Assembly: GCA_973895155.1 (NCBI GenBank)
Contig: OZ316896.1
Coordinates: 15,224,684-15,288,683, forward strand
DNA length: 64,000 nt
From: Marsupella aquatica
Lineage: Eukaryota > Plantae > Marchantiophyta
Direction: 5' to 3'
Shown here piece by piece: positions 39,395 through 53,330 of the stretch. Both the position numbers and the translations under genes were made by a program. Below the pieces are notes generated by a model, which searched no databases, was not told the DNA's origin, and saw nothing but the letters and a program-made list of their open reading frames with translations. Numbering within the stretch: the first letter of the stretch is position 1; each line of letters starts with the position of its first letter.

Positions 39395-40408
39395 CTATTG
39401 GTCCATGGACACAATGGAATACAAGTCTCCAGATTGGCTTATGCTGTCCATTTGTGGCCTACTCATTATGGGCGACGTGCTTATCTGACTATCTGAGGAT
39501 GATGATTGACTCCAACTCTGAAAATCCTCAACAATTTGCTGTGTCAACTTGAAGCATCTGGAGCTCCATTCACGATCGAGGTGGGTAGAAGGTCCAAGCT
39601 GTGAAACCTTTCTGGCCATCTGATTAGCGCTTACTCGTACTATAGGAGGTTTGGATCGCATTGGAGAGAGTCGGAAATATCCTTCTGAGAGACTGGTGAA
39701 TGCTGTGGGAGCACTTCTCAAGGGTGACTGACTTAGTTGGGCTGTATGGCTGCTGAGATCTGTGATATCTGGACCTACTGATGGAGGGATATAAATGTGC
39801 CCCCTGCTGAGAACTTTGTTTGAAGGCGGTGCATCAAAACCAGTCTCAAAGGCTGGTATCTTTGAGACGGAGCCGACACCGCTCAATTTCTGTGGTGAGG
39901 GTGTCACTTCACAAGGTGGAGAGTCGTTTTCTCGAACTTGTTCACTGCCCTTTATGTGGCCGAGAGTAGAGCCTACCTTTGATGTCGTTCCTGCACTGGT
40001 CACCGGCCTCACCTTCGACGGTGCTTTCCCCCTCTTCCTGACACCATTTATTCCACCGGAGTAGGCACATCCCATGGCTCTCCCTCTCGTATTTACTCCC
40101 TCGATCATCGGAGAATTGTACTCACGGTATAATCCATTGGCAGGACTGTTTGTTTTGTCCTCCCTGTCCCTCTCCCGCTCCGAAATTCTTGCCGTCACTT
40201 CTCCTTGACCAGCAATTGGTTTGCTCCGGGCGAATCGGTCAGACCTCAACAATGAACTTGGGGATATCATGTCCTCGCAGACGTAGGTGCCCACAATAAC
40301 CCCCCCGGTGTGCTGATTAGCAGGAGCCTTATCATGCCCAATACCTTCTCGGTGTTCCCTGCAAGTATTGTTGTGGACCTGCTGTTCCTGCTGTTCCTGC
40401 TGTCCCAT
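39395..40408 (-). CDS. Hypothetical Ser/Pro/Gly-rich protein, 337 aa, intronless
   Basis: ATG-initiated 1014-nt ORF with no recognisable domain. A candidate minus-strand TATA (CTATAAG, ~42046) and a pyrimidine patch (~41940-42010) lie upstream. Confidence 0.4.
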   Translation of the reverse strand: MGQQEQQEQQVHNNTCREHREGIGHDKAPANQHTGGVIVGTYVCEDMISPSSLLRSDRFARSKPIAGQGEVTARISERERDREDKTNSPANGLYREYNSPMIEGVNTRGRAMGCAYSGGINGVRKRGKAPSKVRPVTSAGTTSKVGSTLGHIKGSEQVRENDSPPCEVTPSPQKLSGVGSVSKIPAFETGFDAPPSNKVLSRGHIYIPPSVGPDITDLSSHTAQLSQSPLRSAPTAFTSLSEGYFRLSPMRSKPPIVRVSANQMARKVSQLGPSTHLDREWSSRCFKLTQQIVEDFQSWSQSSSSDSQISTSPIMSRPQMDSISQSGDLYSIVSMDQ

Positions 40409-43159
40409 AATTGTCGTAATACTAGCGCTGCCGGTCGTCGAATTTTTTGTCCAGGGTTATGCAGGTACTTATGTAAGACCCCTGTCCTTAAACCGTCTGG
40501 CCTGGCAGTAGTTACTGTAGATGGTTTGGTATCAGCTTCCTGGTATGATTCCCTTATCCCTTTCACGAGAGATATAACAAGTCTAGAACCCCTCCTACCA
40601 CCAGTGCTTTTGCAGAACCAACCTGCCCATCGTTTATTTTCAGAAATTCTCGAAATCCATTTCAACTGCCCTTCCTACTCTGGAGGGGTACCATTATGCA
40701 CTGCCCTGACCTACCCAGTACCCACTATCCTGTGCAGTTGCTCTCATTCTTCCAAATAAATTGCCCGTCCTGCACCAGAGCACATAAATTTATATCCTGT
40801 CTACGGCCTTGTCCGAGACAGCGAGTCATATATCTCCAAATCAAACTTCAATTCTCCTTTCAACTGTGGAAACACACGCCAGAAGGAATGAATGCCTTGC
40901 CCTCAACAGTCTCGACGCTCTTCAGTGTCCACACGCTGTCCTAGGTTCCCTAAACCTGCTTCAATCCATTAGACATTCCAGCTGTGGAAGCTCCTCAGAC
41001 GCAGCGTCCCCTCGTGATCAAACCCCAACACATTCTCCGAGATTCTCCAAACTGATTTCAAATAAGGTCCCTTGCAAGTCTTGCTCAAACTAGTGGAGGC
41101 CCACGAATTGCAACGTCGCCTATCGTCCGAAATATCTGTCACGCGTGCTTGAAACAATTTTCAAAGATTGCTTCGTCCATACAGACTGATCAGATCGCCG
41201 AAGACTGTTGATGACCTTCGGTTGAAGTTGGAGCGTTGGACATCATTTCATCAATAATCCTCCGTAGATACTTGAGACGCTCTGTTTACGATCAAAATGG
41301 AAACTACACAATCTCTTGGGTGGACTGCGTCTCATGATCGTCATACATCACCCCAGAAAAATTATCCGCATAACCCGGAGAGCCTCTATTGAAAGCGAAT
41401 GGGACCTCTACTTTGGGCAGCTTTCGATCTGTGTCTTTGCAATCTACATCAGTATCTCAGTACAATCGTTAGACCTTGTACTCTCTTTCCCAGCGAAGGA
41501 CCGGCCTCCCAAAGGCTCTCATCGACTGCGCTACCCAAAGGGATTTCCATTCGCCAGCTCGGGTTTTGCTGCTCTCTAGGACGGATCAGCGCTGACAAGA
41601 TATCAGCGTTTGCTAGCGTGCCTTCCGTCTGATAATCTGATCCAGCAAATTGCCTTGCAAGCAGTAAATCCCCTCTCAAAGGAAGAAACCTTGCGATTCC
41701 AGGAAGTCAGTTTCAGTAACTGCAAACGTTGCCTCTCAGAATTCGTCGTCTCATGAGTCGAGTGACGATCAAGCTGCTTCCTCTTGCAACTACCTGCTGC
41801 AATAGTAGTAACGGAGCAGTTTGGCCAGTTGGGTTGGCAGCGAAGAAGGTACCCCACAATGCTGTCATAGCACGTTCCAGCCCAAAAATTGTTTCCTCGC
41901 TCACGATTTAACTGCTTTCCTTCAGAACATAATTCCCGACTGCGGAGAGGGAGGAAGGGGAGAAAGGGAAAGCAGTTGGGTAACGGACTGGAGCAAGGAG
42001 GGAGTGAGGGAGTTCCCTTGCAGTGCAATTCTCTCGCTCTTATAGCAATCGTCCATGTTCTCCTTTGTATCTCCCAGCGTTGTTAGATTTCATCATGCAA
42101 AATACAGTTGGGTTGTGGCTGGCACAACTGTGCTGGCAGGCCACTCACTCAGTGCTACCGTATGGTTCTCTTTGGTAGTGTGAGGTTCGGTGCCCGGCCG
42201 TGCTTCTGGAGTGCTTCTCAGAGAACAATGGTTTAAGTGCTCGACGGGTGTTGGCTCGTAGAAAAGATGAAATGCTTGGCATGCAGCCTACTGATGCTCT
42301 CCTTACCAACCTGAGAGGAATGGTCCTTCATAGATTTTGATCGATTGAGAACATTGGCCACATCTGAAACACCGAAGACATGACCGATGTAGAACCAGAA
42401 AGAAAACCGACCCACCTACCATACCAAGCAATCCTCCCCTCCTGCTGATTGACGGCATCCACCACCTACCGCACAAATTACCTGCGGAATTGTTAAGAGA
42501 AAAAGTTGAACGGGAATAAGTTATCGTCACGACTTCACGCAGGGGCCAAGACAATGAATCTTGTGGAGAAGGTTGGAATTAGGTGAAGATTTCAGCATCG
42601 ACAATTGTCGGTATAAACCGGGATCAATCAATCATGGAGTACAACTTATCACCGACAAATTTATGCTCATTGCTTTATGGTGAGGGTTATTATACTGGCG
42701 GGTAAGTTGCTGATTCTCGAACTAGACAGTATAACTATATAAAAGTCATAGCCATGTGGACCTAGTGTGCACTAGTGTGAGCGTACTCTAGGGGCATAAC
42801 TTAAGTTTTGGGGTACGGGTCGAAAATGGGGGTTTTGGGGTAGAGCAAGTCTGTGAAAATGGGTAGCATTTTAGTAACCTATTGAACATAAATTGGTGAA
42901 TGTGCAACAGGCTTGAATATGCTCACCTCTATGGAAGCTCAAAGCATCAAGCTAATGCAATACAGTCCTTCAAGTGTTGTTGACTGCACTGATAAATGAT
43001 CTATCTAAAAATGCATGGTAATTAGGTTTGTGCTAAAAAAAAATGAGATACATAAAATTGGCACCTGGCACTAACATCTGAAATTCCAAAACATGTGGGC
43101 CGGAAATATACACCCACAGTTTAGCGAAACAAATAGGAAATCAAACTCCAGACAAGACA

Positions 43160-43760
43160 ACCTGCAAAATTTATATGAGGTGATGTGCCTGGGGAAAGGG
43201 TGATATCTAAATTGGCCACAAACACACGTTTTGGTTAGGTGTAAGCCAGACACATGAAAAAATAGAACACCCGGTGAAAGTTTATTTGAGGTGGAGTGTC
43301 CCGGTAAAGGGTGTCATCTAAATTGGCAGGAAACACGTGTCTTGGCTAGGTGTAAGCCGAACACATGGAAAAGGATAATGGCCACCTTACAAGCGTTTTT
43401 GCAACTCCCCAACCTGACTTTTCCCAATGTAGAATTGCAAACCAAGTTACCACCACACAAGTAATTCCCCAACTTCACTTTTCCCAATTGAGAATTGCAA
43501 ACCAAGTTACCACCAAACATGGAGAAGTAGAATGGCCACCTCCAAACATTTTCGCAATTTCCCCAACTTCACTTTTCCCAATTGAGAATCGTGAACCTTG
43601 TACCACCGCACCACACATGGATAATGTAAGGCCACCAGCACACGTTCTCCCAATTGAGAATCGCGAACCAATTTACCACCACGGCACGTTCTCAGTCAGG
43701 ACAGTACTCGTAACAAAGGACAGTACTCGTAACAAAGGACAGTACTCGTAACAAAGAAAC
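43160..43760. repeat. Composite repeat block: ~120 bp x2, ~60 bp degenerate units, and a 19-bp ggacagtactcgtaacaaa x3
   Basis: Direct inspection: aaagggtg.atctaaattggc...taggtgtaagcc occurs twice; ttttcccaattgagaat occurs repeatedly; the 19-mer array spans 43699-43756. Confidence 0.75.
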
Positions 43761-45448
43761 CGTTAATCACTTTAAATTCTGTTAGGTGTACGTAGAAAAG
43801 AAAAAGAAAACTGTACATCGTTCTATCACCTTCATAGCCTCAGATTCTTCCATCGTGAATGTGGGTGGTCCTTTAGGTGATGCTGTCCGGAAACAGTGTA
43901 CTGTACTGTGGCAACTCCGTCGTCAAGTTCCTGTTCGATGCCAAACTTATCCTCACGAGGACATTAATTACAGGCAAACGAAATCCAGCCTTGTTTTCGC
44001 CCTCGACTCTCAAAACGACTCTCAAAACCAGGAGCAAATAGACAATTCAACTTGGACGTGAGGTCCGCTGAAACACGCGATTGTCAGCTTATCCAACAGG
44101 AGTTTCTATACGATTCCCGTGGACATGTAGTCATCATGTCTTTCTAACCTTGCATGCACTCTTCCAGAAACGCATAACAGTTCGTTGACAAACCAGCTTC
44201 CAAGCAGAATTGTCAAACCGAAAAGTGCCGCTTGGTGAGTGACGATCTCTTCCGCTTCTTGCAGTCTAAAACACAGATTTTCAATTGCACACCTTGTATA
44301 TGTGTACCGCTGAACTGGTAAATATTGAGGTTAAGACCTGGTCATTGTCTGGTCATATATCACCACTGTAGCACAGGTCTTCAGATGCCCCCAAAACATA
44401 CATAAAAGCAAAATTTCGACTGGAGTCACAAAGACGGACAATTAACCTAACCGGACAATTCAATCCCTGAAATGAGGAGCCGAAATAGTAACATCAAGAT
44501 AAGGCAATGGCATTGTTTTCCGATATCGACTTCACAGGAGCTAACACACGGTCCAAACAAAACAGCTAATAGTCCTAGATACGCCGTCCTGCAGGTCGGC
44601 TGGTTAGTGAGTAGTGAACGACTAGAACCGAACAGACATTTCGCATTACCAGTACCAGGATGTCTACACATTTCGCAGCTGAGTTTGTTTTACCCATCGC
44701 ATTCAATGGGCTGTAACGCACCTAAAACAATACCAGTAAGTTTGCACCCTGTCCAGCTATACCCAAATCAAAGAAATTACCAATCAGACCCCATGCACCT
44801 ACTGTCCAACTCAAGATCGTAACGTAATACATGGTATGATATTAAGTGACGGTAAATACAAATCATGATGGTGTCGAACCACGTTTTCCATGGCACCTGA
44901 CAATTATCCTTATCGCATGTGGGCAGTCACATTGGTGTCACCTGGAAATCATGAAACCTTTCCTATCGAATCCCTGCTTCGTGTATCTATGAAGATTACA
45001 AACGTCCAACTCGTAGGACCATTTTAGGAGAAGAAAAGATGAGACTTCACTGAACTGGTCGAGTCGTGTAGCTAAATGACAAAAGAAGCGATATCACTGC
45101 TTGCTAATCTTGGATTACCATACCTTGAAAGGTAAACCAACAGACGATGCCTCTCGAAATTCGTATATGAAACAAATATCCATCAAATGAAAAAAGGCAA
45201 AATTTAGCCATTTCTTCCTGCTAACCCTCAATTGGGCTCAAAATTGCTATTCGCTCATTTGTCAGCAGAATATATTTCTACAGTCAGATACGCAGACCGG
45301 TGTTTTAGTTAATCCGCAATGCACTGTCTAATTGTCGTGTAGCTTGTCTTTGTCTGCGGAAATGAACACTATTACACTACAAGCAGTGAAACTCTTCCAG
45401 AAGAACCAATACCACGGACCCTCGAACAGCCATTTGTTTTTCTGCGGG

Positions 45449-48400
45449 TCAAAATTTCGTCTTGGAGCTTGCAAGGCCAGTTTCAATTCGTCGGATTTCG
45501 AATATCAACATGCGCCACATCTTTAAGACAAAAAGTTCAGCCTCGTCATCCAAGATTGACTCCAGCAACTGGAGCATATTGGCTGCAGTGACGTGCTTGC
45601 AGGTGTTGCTTACAATGAAATCTACTAAGGTAGTCTCCTCCTCTCCAAGAAACTCTGTTATCTTCTTTGAAATCCAGGGCCGCATCCTCTCATGCAGATC
45701 ATGCTGCAACCGTAAACAAGCATCGATCAGAAGAGAAAACTTGCTCAAAACCATCATTGCGAGTGTGGGCCAGAAACCAATAATATTTTGAACGGAGCAC
45801 CGTTTAACAGAGGCTTAAAAGCAGACAGAAATTAAATACCTGATCATAGATATCCCAATCAACAGGATAAGCAAAGAGCTCCTCTTTGGTCTTTGGTATG
45901 GTGTCAATGAGCTCTTTGGCGTTCAAGAGTTTCTTGGGCTCAGGTACTTTGATCTTCTCGGCAACATGATCTTTCTCCCGTTCTTTGTCTATCTCTTTCC
46001 TTTCCCTGTCTTTCTCCCGTTCTCTATCTCTATCTTCTCGCTCGCGATCTCTTTCTCTTTCTCTGTCCCTGTCCCTGTCCCTGTCCCGATTTTTCTCTTT
46101 CCTTGAGCTATCCCTGTCTTCATGTCGGTCCCTCTTTCTTCTACTGCGGTCTCTGTCACCATCTTCTTTCCTGTCCTCCTTAGAGCTGACGTTTGAACCT
46201 GCGAAACTTGACAAGCTCCTGGCAAACTCAGCAGCCGCGGCCAAATTGGAGGCAACTTGAGGAGAAGATGCGCGAGGAGGGTTGGGAGTGGCCACAGCTT
46301 CCATCTCTTCCGCGGAATAGTCTATAGGTACCAAAGGCCTTAGCTTCCTATCATCTGTTATTTCCTCCTCATCTTCTTGGTGAAACACTGATAAGCCAGT
46401 AGCCCGTCTACCAGACCCCATAATGCCAAATCCTAACTTTCGAGGAGCGGGACTTGCTTTCGGGTCTGCCTCGCTACTCACAACGGCACCAACAACTTCC
46501 GTTTCTCGCCTTGGATCATGAATGCCATTGCTGTTCAGAACTTCTGCCATACACCACAAACAATAGTTATCTCATGTCACCAAGAAAACTCCAAAGTTGA
46601 CAGATTCATGTCTAAACGAATCGGGACCGTCCAATGAGTATCACTTACTCTGAGGGTGCTCCTCCTCCGCATCACTTACTGACGCAAAACTGACCGAATC
46701 TGTAGTGGGAAGAAATTTATGTGGGGGGACCTCGTTAGCTACGTCATCCTCCACATCCATTTCATCATCGTCCTCCCCATCACTTTCCTTCTCATTAGGA
46801 CTCTCCAAAACTTTTTGCCTCTTGGAGAGAATCTCCAGCTCTTCTCTCTCTCTATCTGCAACGTCTTCTTCCCGTTCCCTTAATCTCCTCTTCCGCTTCT
46901 CCTCCAGCAGACTACCTCTGTATCGGCTCTTCTTCCAATCATCATCATCACTTTCCTCTTCTTGTTCCTGGATCTCTTTCCGCCTGTCCCTTTCTCTGTC
47001 CTTTTCACGTTCTCTGTCGTGTAGTCTCTGTCGTTCTTTCTCTCTTTCTCTCGCCTCCCATTCCCTCTCTCGTTCTTCATAAATCCGCTCTGCCTCGCGA
47101 ACCTTCATTTCACGTTCCCTTTCGCGTCTTGAGCGTTCCCGCTCTCTTTCCCTTTCATACCTCTCCAATTCTCTCTCTTTCTCCCGTTCGATCTCCCGCT
47201 CTCTGTCTCTTTCCCTGTCCCTCTCTGATCTTCGGCCTCCTTTGTCTGCAGATGTAGTCTCGCCTCGTTCATTGTCTCCACTTGCTCGATGGTCGCTTGT
47301 AGTATCGTCGTCATTCTTTCCACTAGGATCATCTGGCATTTGCAGGAAACCAACCTATGAGTTCATGGTCCCCCTATCTAGACACAACTAAAAGACTCCT
47401 GCTTCATGAAAACCAGAAAAAAAATATTCTCCATAACTCAACGTAGGTAAATATTTCCTGGACTTGCATTTATCAACATACGTACCACTTTTAGCAGCAT
47501 CCACGCTGACATCCCCATCTCTAAACTTGGATGCTGTGTCTACCGACTTGTTGAGGCCATCTGCACTTGCTGGCAGTGGCGGTGGGGGAGGAAGAGGCCT
47601 AAGTCGCGACCTGGTCGGACGAAGTCAGCAAGCACATGTTAGAGTACGTACAAAGGAGGAAAACATACAAAAAAGGAGCAACATTCTAGTCAAGCCACGG
47701 TGAAAACGTGCCCCGCATACCTTTCCTCTAGCATGCTATTCATCTTTTGAATTGCCGATTCATCTGCTTGTATGTCAGCCGCACTCACAAGACCGAACTT
47801 CTTTGCATCCTCCTCACCACCTGAATCCTTATGAGGGCCGTTGTCTTTACTGAATAGGGGAGGAGCCTTAGGAGCTTCAATGCTTTCAACACCTGGAGCC
47901 AACTCTTCATCTTTCTCCATTTCCGCTGCCTGCTGCTGGAGAAACTTTTCTCTGTCCTTCTTCTTTGCCACATACCGCTCCAAGTACTCACGAGTGGCTT
48001 GATTAACATTCAGCTGCAGGAGAGAAATAATTTCGGATTCGCGTGAAAGGATGAACTCAAAATGCAAATGGCAAAACTGACATTGATAATGGGTTTGATC
48101 CTAGGAATCCAGGCAAAACTAAAGCGTCAACTAACACCTGTGTCCGCTTCATTCACAGCACACCATACAAAACGGTTTACGCCATAACGAATTGCACAAG
48201 ATACAATCCCTACCGCATCCTCATTAAAGGCAATGTGATTTACTGTACAAATCCACCAGACCTAAACTATCAACAAAGATGCAGGAGCAAAATCAAGGAC
48301 GTGAAAAGCTTGACAACGATCTTACCACCAATTCTTGTCCTTCGAGATTGTATTTATTGAGTATCCGCAAGGCACGCAGCACCCCCTCTGCAGAATCAAA

Positions 48401-51081
48401 CTCACAGAATCCAAACCCTTTGGGAGACCCAGTCGTTGGATCTTGTGCTCGTTTCCAGCTCTTGATGTCTCCACAAAGCTAGGACCCGACAATTTAACGG
48501 GGACAAGCCAATGCTATCAGCGTCAAAGTTTACACCGCAGTTGGGGTCTACCTGTAAAATTGCTTCTGAGCTTAATCTCATTGCTATACAACCAGAGTAT
48601 GATGCAGAAAAGTCCTCTCACGTACCTCAAGAAGAGCCCTTAGAAAATCGTCTTCTATAGTTGGTGCAATTTTCCCCACGTATACTGTAGTGTGAGGCTT
48701 CTCAGGAGGGGCTGTGAGTTGGCCCACACCCTTGGCTGCCAACTCTGTAAGGCTCATCCCAGGAGGCGGCTTCAGAACAGGAGGAATTGGCCGTAATCCA
48801 TTTCCAGGCGGCCTTGGTAAAGACATGGCACTCATGGTCACTGGTGGGGGTGGCCCCAAGGGCGGCCGAGGGGCAAAAGCAGAAGGTCGCGCTACCATAG
48901 GATTGAAAGGCGGAGCAGAGTAGCGAGGCGGCATGCCTGCAGAGGGAGTACCAAGAACTGGACAGAAAAGTGTAAGCCCGATGGATATCCAAAAACAAAC
49001 CAAAATTCACTTAGATTTAGGTTATTCCAACATTTCACTGGTAACAGAGAACTTACTTTAGATGGGCGTCCCTATGCACAACCACATCATCATGATAGCA
49101 AGCAGGCGGGAGGAGATAAGACCACCGTCAAGAGGTAGGTCGGTCGCAGTGTCCACCCTGACAAACATCCCATTGGAATCCACAAGAATTTATGATAAAT
49201 GTTCTGAGTTGCACTTACCTTGGCGGTCATTCTCCTCGTCGGAAATTTCATAAGAGGGTGGAGAGGCAATTGGTGAAGCATATTTCAAGACGCTACTGTA
49301 GTATCTTAAGTACAGTAAAGACCTTTCAAAGTACCCAGCGAAGCAAACCGCAAGGCACAGTATGATACGGTTTAACACTGACAAGGGATGGACAAAAAGG
49401 GCAACCAAAAAAAGTAGTCCAGCTGAGCCAGCGAAAGATTCAGCCGATCGACAGAAAACAGATCACAATTGTTGCAGAGGAAAATGAGCTGCCTACCTGA
49501 AAACAGGCTAGGGTCTTAGTCCCACGGTGTACAATGGGGCTGATGTCCCTCTGGGATGGTGCCCCTTTGTGTCCCGCCTCGTGCTAGTGGGTCTGGAGAA
49601 AGCACCTTGTGTCCCTACACCTTACAAAAATAGAACCAGTTTGCTAGCAAAATTGAGGTGCTTACATTGAGGCAAGGAGGCGGGAGGTCACATACCCACA
49701 AAGGGTGTTGTCAGCGGGAGGCCGGACCTTCAAAAAAACCATTTATTCATTCATCACACCAAAACCCTAATATCTCTGAAGGAAACATCAGGTGAAATTA
49801 CGTTAACGACTGGATGTACACCGATTAAGCAGACACACCAGAATTCTATGCTAGCTATGAGCTATAGCCAGCACATCCAGATGTCTGGCCTCAACTACTC
49901 TCGACTTTCTTCAGAAGATCGAGACCAGCTTCCTGAGATAAAAATCGTCCAATTCTCAGAGCTGAATTTATAAAGGATTGCTTTATCGTTAACTAGATTC
50001 CACATGAAGGCGCCCGGAAAAGCACACCAGGATAGTAGAGTTGGCCTTCTACAGTAGTTGGGAGGACATGACACGAGACTAGCTAAGATAAGCAAAGTTT
50101 TTTGCTAGGAAAGTGAAGAGTTGCGGAAAGATAGATAGACAGATTGACACACGTGTACACAACAGACGACCTGTTGCTTTGTTTTGTGAAGGAATTTAAG
50201 CATACCAATTAGGACGATGCAGGCTCTTTACCCGTGGCGCCCTTTCCATATTTCACCATGACAACTCGAATGCACTGCCGTAGGAGAAAACAGCCCGTCA
50301 CCCGCTTGCACACATGCAGCCATACTACCCTTACGCCTTTTACCCTCCCAACCCCCCTCCCGGACCCCATTGCTCTTGCTCCCCTTCTCATCTCTCAACC
50401 CCGGATTCCCTCGCTTCTCCACGCTGTTCCGAAATCTCGTAACAGAGTGGATAACAGAGAGAGCTAAGCATTTCGAATTCCTCGTTTTGACGGTCTCTAG
50501 CCTTGCAAAATCATATCATCATCAAGAATGGATGATCCAAAATGACAAACCAACCAAGCAACACAATAAACCTCACCTCCAGGAGGCATCATTTGCTGCT
50601 GTTGCTGCTGCTGGGGGGGCATGGGCACCGGAGGAGCACTCATGAAATTCGGCATCATCGACGGCGGCGCAAATGGACGCATTGCAGGGAATGCAACCGA
50701 CGGAGGAGTCGGAGGTGGTGCTGATAGAGGCCCGGGTCCAGGCCCTCTCGCCATCCTCACCCCGGGAGAAGCTACCGCCAATACCTGACCGGGAGGAGCC
50801 CCAGGAGGAGGTGCTCCAACACCTTGAGTAGGTGCCTGCTGTCCTCCAGCGATCGAGCCGTGTGCTGCACCCGGTGGTGGCACAGCTTGGGGTGCTACTT
50901 GTCCTGAACCTGCCGATGGAAAAGGCTGATGAGGATGAGGAGGTGCCTGCTGCTGTCCTGGCGGCACCATCAGTTGTTGCTGCTGGCCTCCTGCTGAGGG
51001 TAGCGGCGGCGGTGCTGCTACTGTCGTCGGAGACGGCCCTCCCGGCACGCCCATAGGCATGCTTGCAAACGGCGGATTCAT
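45449..51081 (-). CDS. RBM25: RNA-binding motif protein 25 (Pro-rich, RRM, RE/RD-rich, PWI) splicing factor
   Basis: Exons 51081-50577, 48936-48626, 48478-48326, 48013-47721, ~47610-47485, ~47354-46649, ~46540-45839, ~45704-45449. RRM TTVYVGKI...KGFGFCEF; long RE repeats; PWI domain RMRPWISKKITEFLGEEETTLVDFI...KMWRMLIFE. Confidence 0.93.
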
Positions 51082-52240
51082 CTCCCGCCTATGATACTAA
51101 TAATACCAGTCTCCCCAAAGCCAAATCTATCTACGGCGCAAAGATCGTGCACGTCGAGAACCTCGCCCTCCACCACGACAAAAGCCTCATCAACGCCGCC
51201 CCCTCAGCCCCCCCGAGAACATCACTTGTAGCCAATCTTTCGTCCTACTCTCGTCGAGAACGAGAAAATCATCAACCTGCAACCTCCTGTTCTCACGTTG
51301 CGTACACGAAGATCGATTAATTGACCTCCTTGGCTCCTTCCCTTGTTGTTCGTCGTCGAACTGCTATGGTAATCTTCCTCCTTTCCGCCTTCCCGCCCTT
51401 CTTTCTACGGGAAGAACAAACGAGACCTATCTCGAGTCCGGTGCCCCACTCTTTGGTCAAGAACCCACGGAGGAAGGAATCCTCGATCCTCGACTCCTCA
51501 TCGTTTGGAGTGGCAGCAACGCTCCATCACTCCGTCCATCCACACACGCAAACATCCACACACACACTTTTTTGTGGCTACGGGAAGGAATGCTCGACAC
51601 CATGCCCCGTACTCCGAAGTCTACTTCCCCGCCTTTGAAGCTTCTCCTCTTCGCTCGCTGCCTCCTTGCCTCCTTGCCTCCCTCCCCGCCCCGCTCGCGC
51701 TCGGTGGCTCGCTGCCCGCCTGTTCAACTTCTGGTCCGGACTCCGGAGCCTCGGACATTATTGGCCGAACTTTTGGTTCATTCAGTGTGTTGTGATGGAC
51801 AGCGTATTTTTTAAGGTTTGTTCGTTTGTTCTGCACTGTTCTGCACCGGTGAGACTATTGGCCGAGCCTTAGGCCCAACTTGCTTGTGGAGGCCTACATG
51901 TTTTCGGGCCCTAAGCATTACCTTTCTCCAACGGTATGTGAGAGGCCAATTTTCCTGGCACTCCCCTCCCCTTTTCCAACTGTATGCCGGCCCTAAGCAC
52001 CCCCTCACTCTCTTTTTCCAATGGTACCTTCTCGCTCCCTGAGACTTCTTTTCAGTGCATGTGTAGCATAGCTTTTGTTTTATTATTACAGAGCTTGAGG
52101 TTGGGATGTGCAAGGGCCCCGAACTTTCTGGGCCTTGCCCTTGGGACCCCACAAGACCTGCCAGCAAGCCTGCCTAACTAACAAGGCACTTATAGCATGG
52201 CAGCATCTTTAAGTCTCACTATGACATCTTGCACTTTGAG

Positions 52241-52383
52241 ACCGCGAGTTAAATCTACGTCAACCATACAACCAGAACATAAACCAAAACACATGTAGTT
52301 TAAATCATTTGATTTATAAATCAGAAATATAGTGTATTGGTTTATGTTCTGGTTGTACAGTTGACGTAGATTTAATACGCGGT
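52241..52383. mobile_element. 143-bp foldback MITE (Mutator-type) with 9-bp TSD CACTTTGAG
   Basis: accgcgagttaaatctacgtcaacc...aaccagaacataaacca pairs with tggtttatgttctggtt...gttgacgtagatttaatacgcggt. cactttgag lies at 52232-52240 and 52384-52392. Confidence 0.9.
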
Positions 52384-52749
52384 CACTTTGAGGGCCTGAG
52401 ATGCAAGGGCTGATTACATGTGAGTTGGCTCTTATTACAAGAGTTCCCAGTAATTCCCTATACTAGGGGGTCTCAACACTTAGTACTTCACCTTATTGAC
52501 ACCAAGCCTTAAAGTAGTTCCCTGTACTAGGGGGTTTCAATCCTCAAAATTTGTTGACTTAAAGTTACTGACACCAAAAGTTATAGATCACCAAATTCAT
52601 TGTCCATAACTTTTTGCCATAACCATAAGTCACTCTAGAGACTAATGAAAAAAACTTGTATAGAACCTATGAAAAAGTTATGGCCAAAAACCATCATCCC
52701 TACCTATGAGGGTTTGAGGCGCCCTGATAATGGGGTAATTTGTCACTTC

Positions 52750-53330
52750 TGGTTCTACACTGGGGAGATTATTGGTGAGCATTTACTGGAGTTTGATATT
52801 GTGATGGGTAGCTTAAGTTTTAAGGTTTTTATTTTTTTGCCAGCCCGATTGCTGAACTTTAGGTTAGTATTGTGATGGGCAACATCAGTTTTAAGGATTT
52901 TACCTTTTTTGCCAGCCAGAATGCTGAACTTTAGGTTAGTATTGTCATGGGCAACATCATTTTTAAGGTTTTAGCTTTTTTACTAGGGCAGAAAATTTCA
53001 CCCTGTGAAACTATTGTGATGGGCAACATACTTTGTAAGGTTTCTTATGCACCAGGGAGATTATTGGCTGAGCTTTAGTTCAGTATTAGTATGGGCAACT
53101 TAACTTTTTAAAGTTTGTTTTGCACCAGTGAGATTATTGGCGGCCTAGCTTTAGTTCTTTTAGGGCAGTTTAAGTTTTAAGGTTGTTTTTTTTGGCAGTA
53201 GATTGTTGGCCAAACTTTATTGTTGTGATGGGCAACTGAATTTTTAAGGCTTTTCCTGTTTACTAGGGTGGCCTTTTGTGAAAGTACTCTGATGGGAACC
53301 TTACCTTTTAAGGTTTGTTTCTTATTTGCC
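52750..53330. repeat. Degenerate minisatellite, ~65-70 bp unit, ~8 copies
   Basis: Recurring tattgtgatgggcaac...ttttaagg motif. Confidence 0.8.

Noticed and set aside
42120-42210. Possible miRNA hairpin
   Set aside because: Pairing is short and imperfect, and I recognise no conserved plant miRNA sequence.
45985-47082. Plus-strand Ser/Leu-repeat ORFs
   Set aside because: They are antisense shadows of the RE/RD repeats in RBM25.
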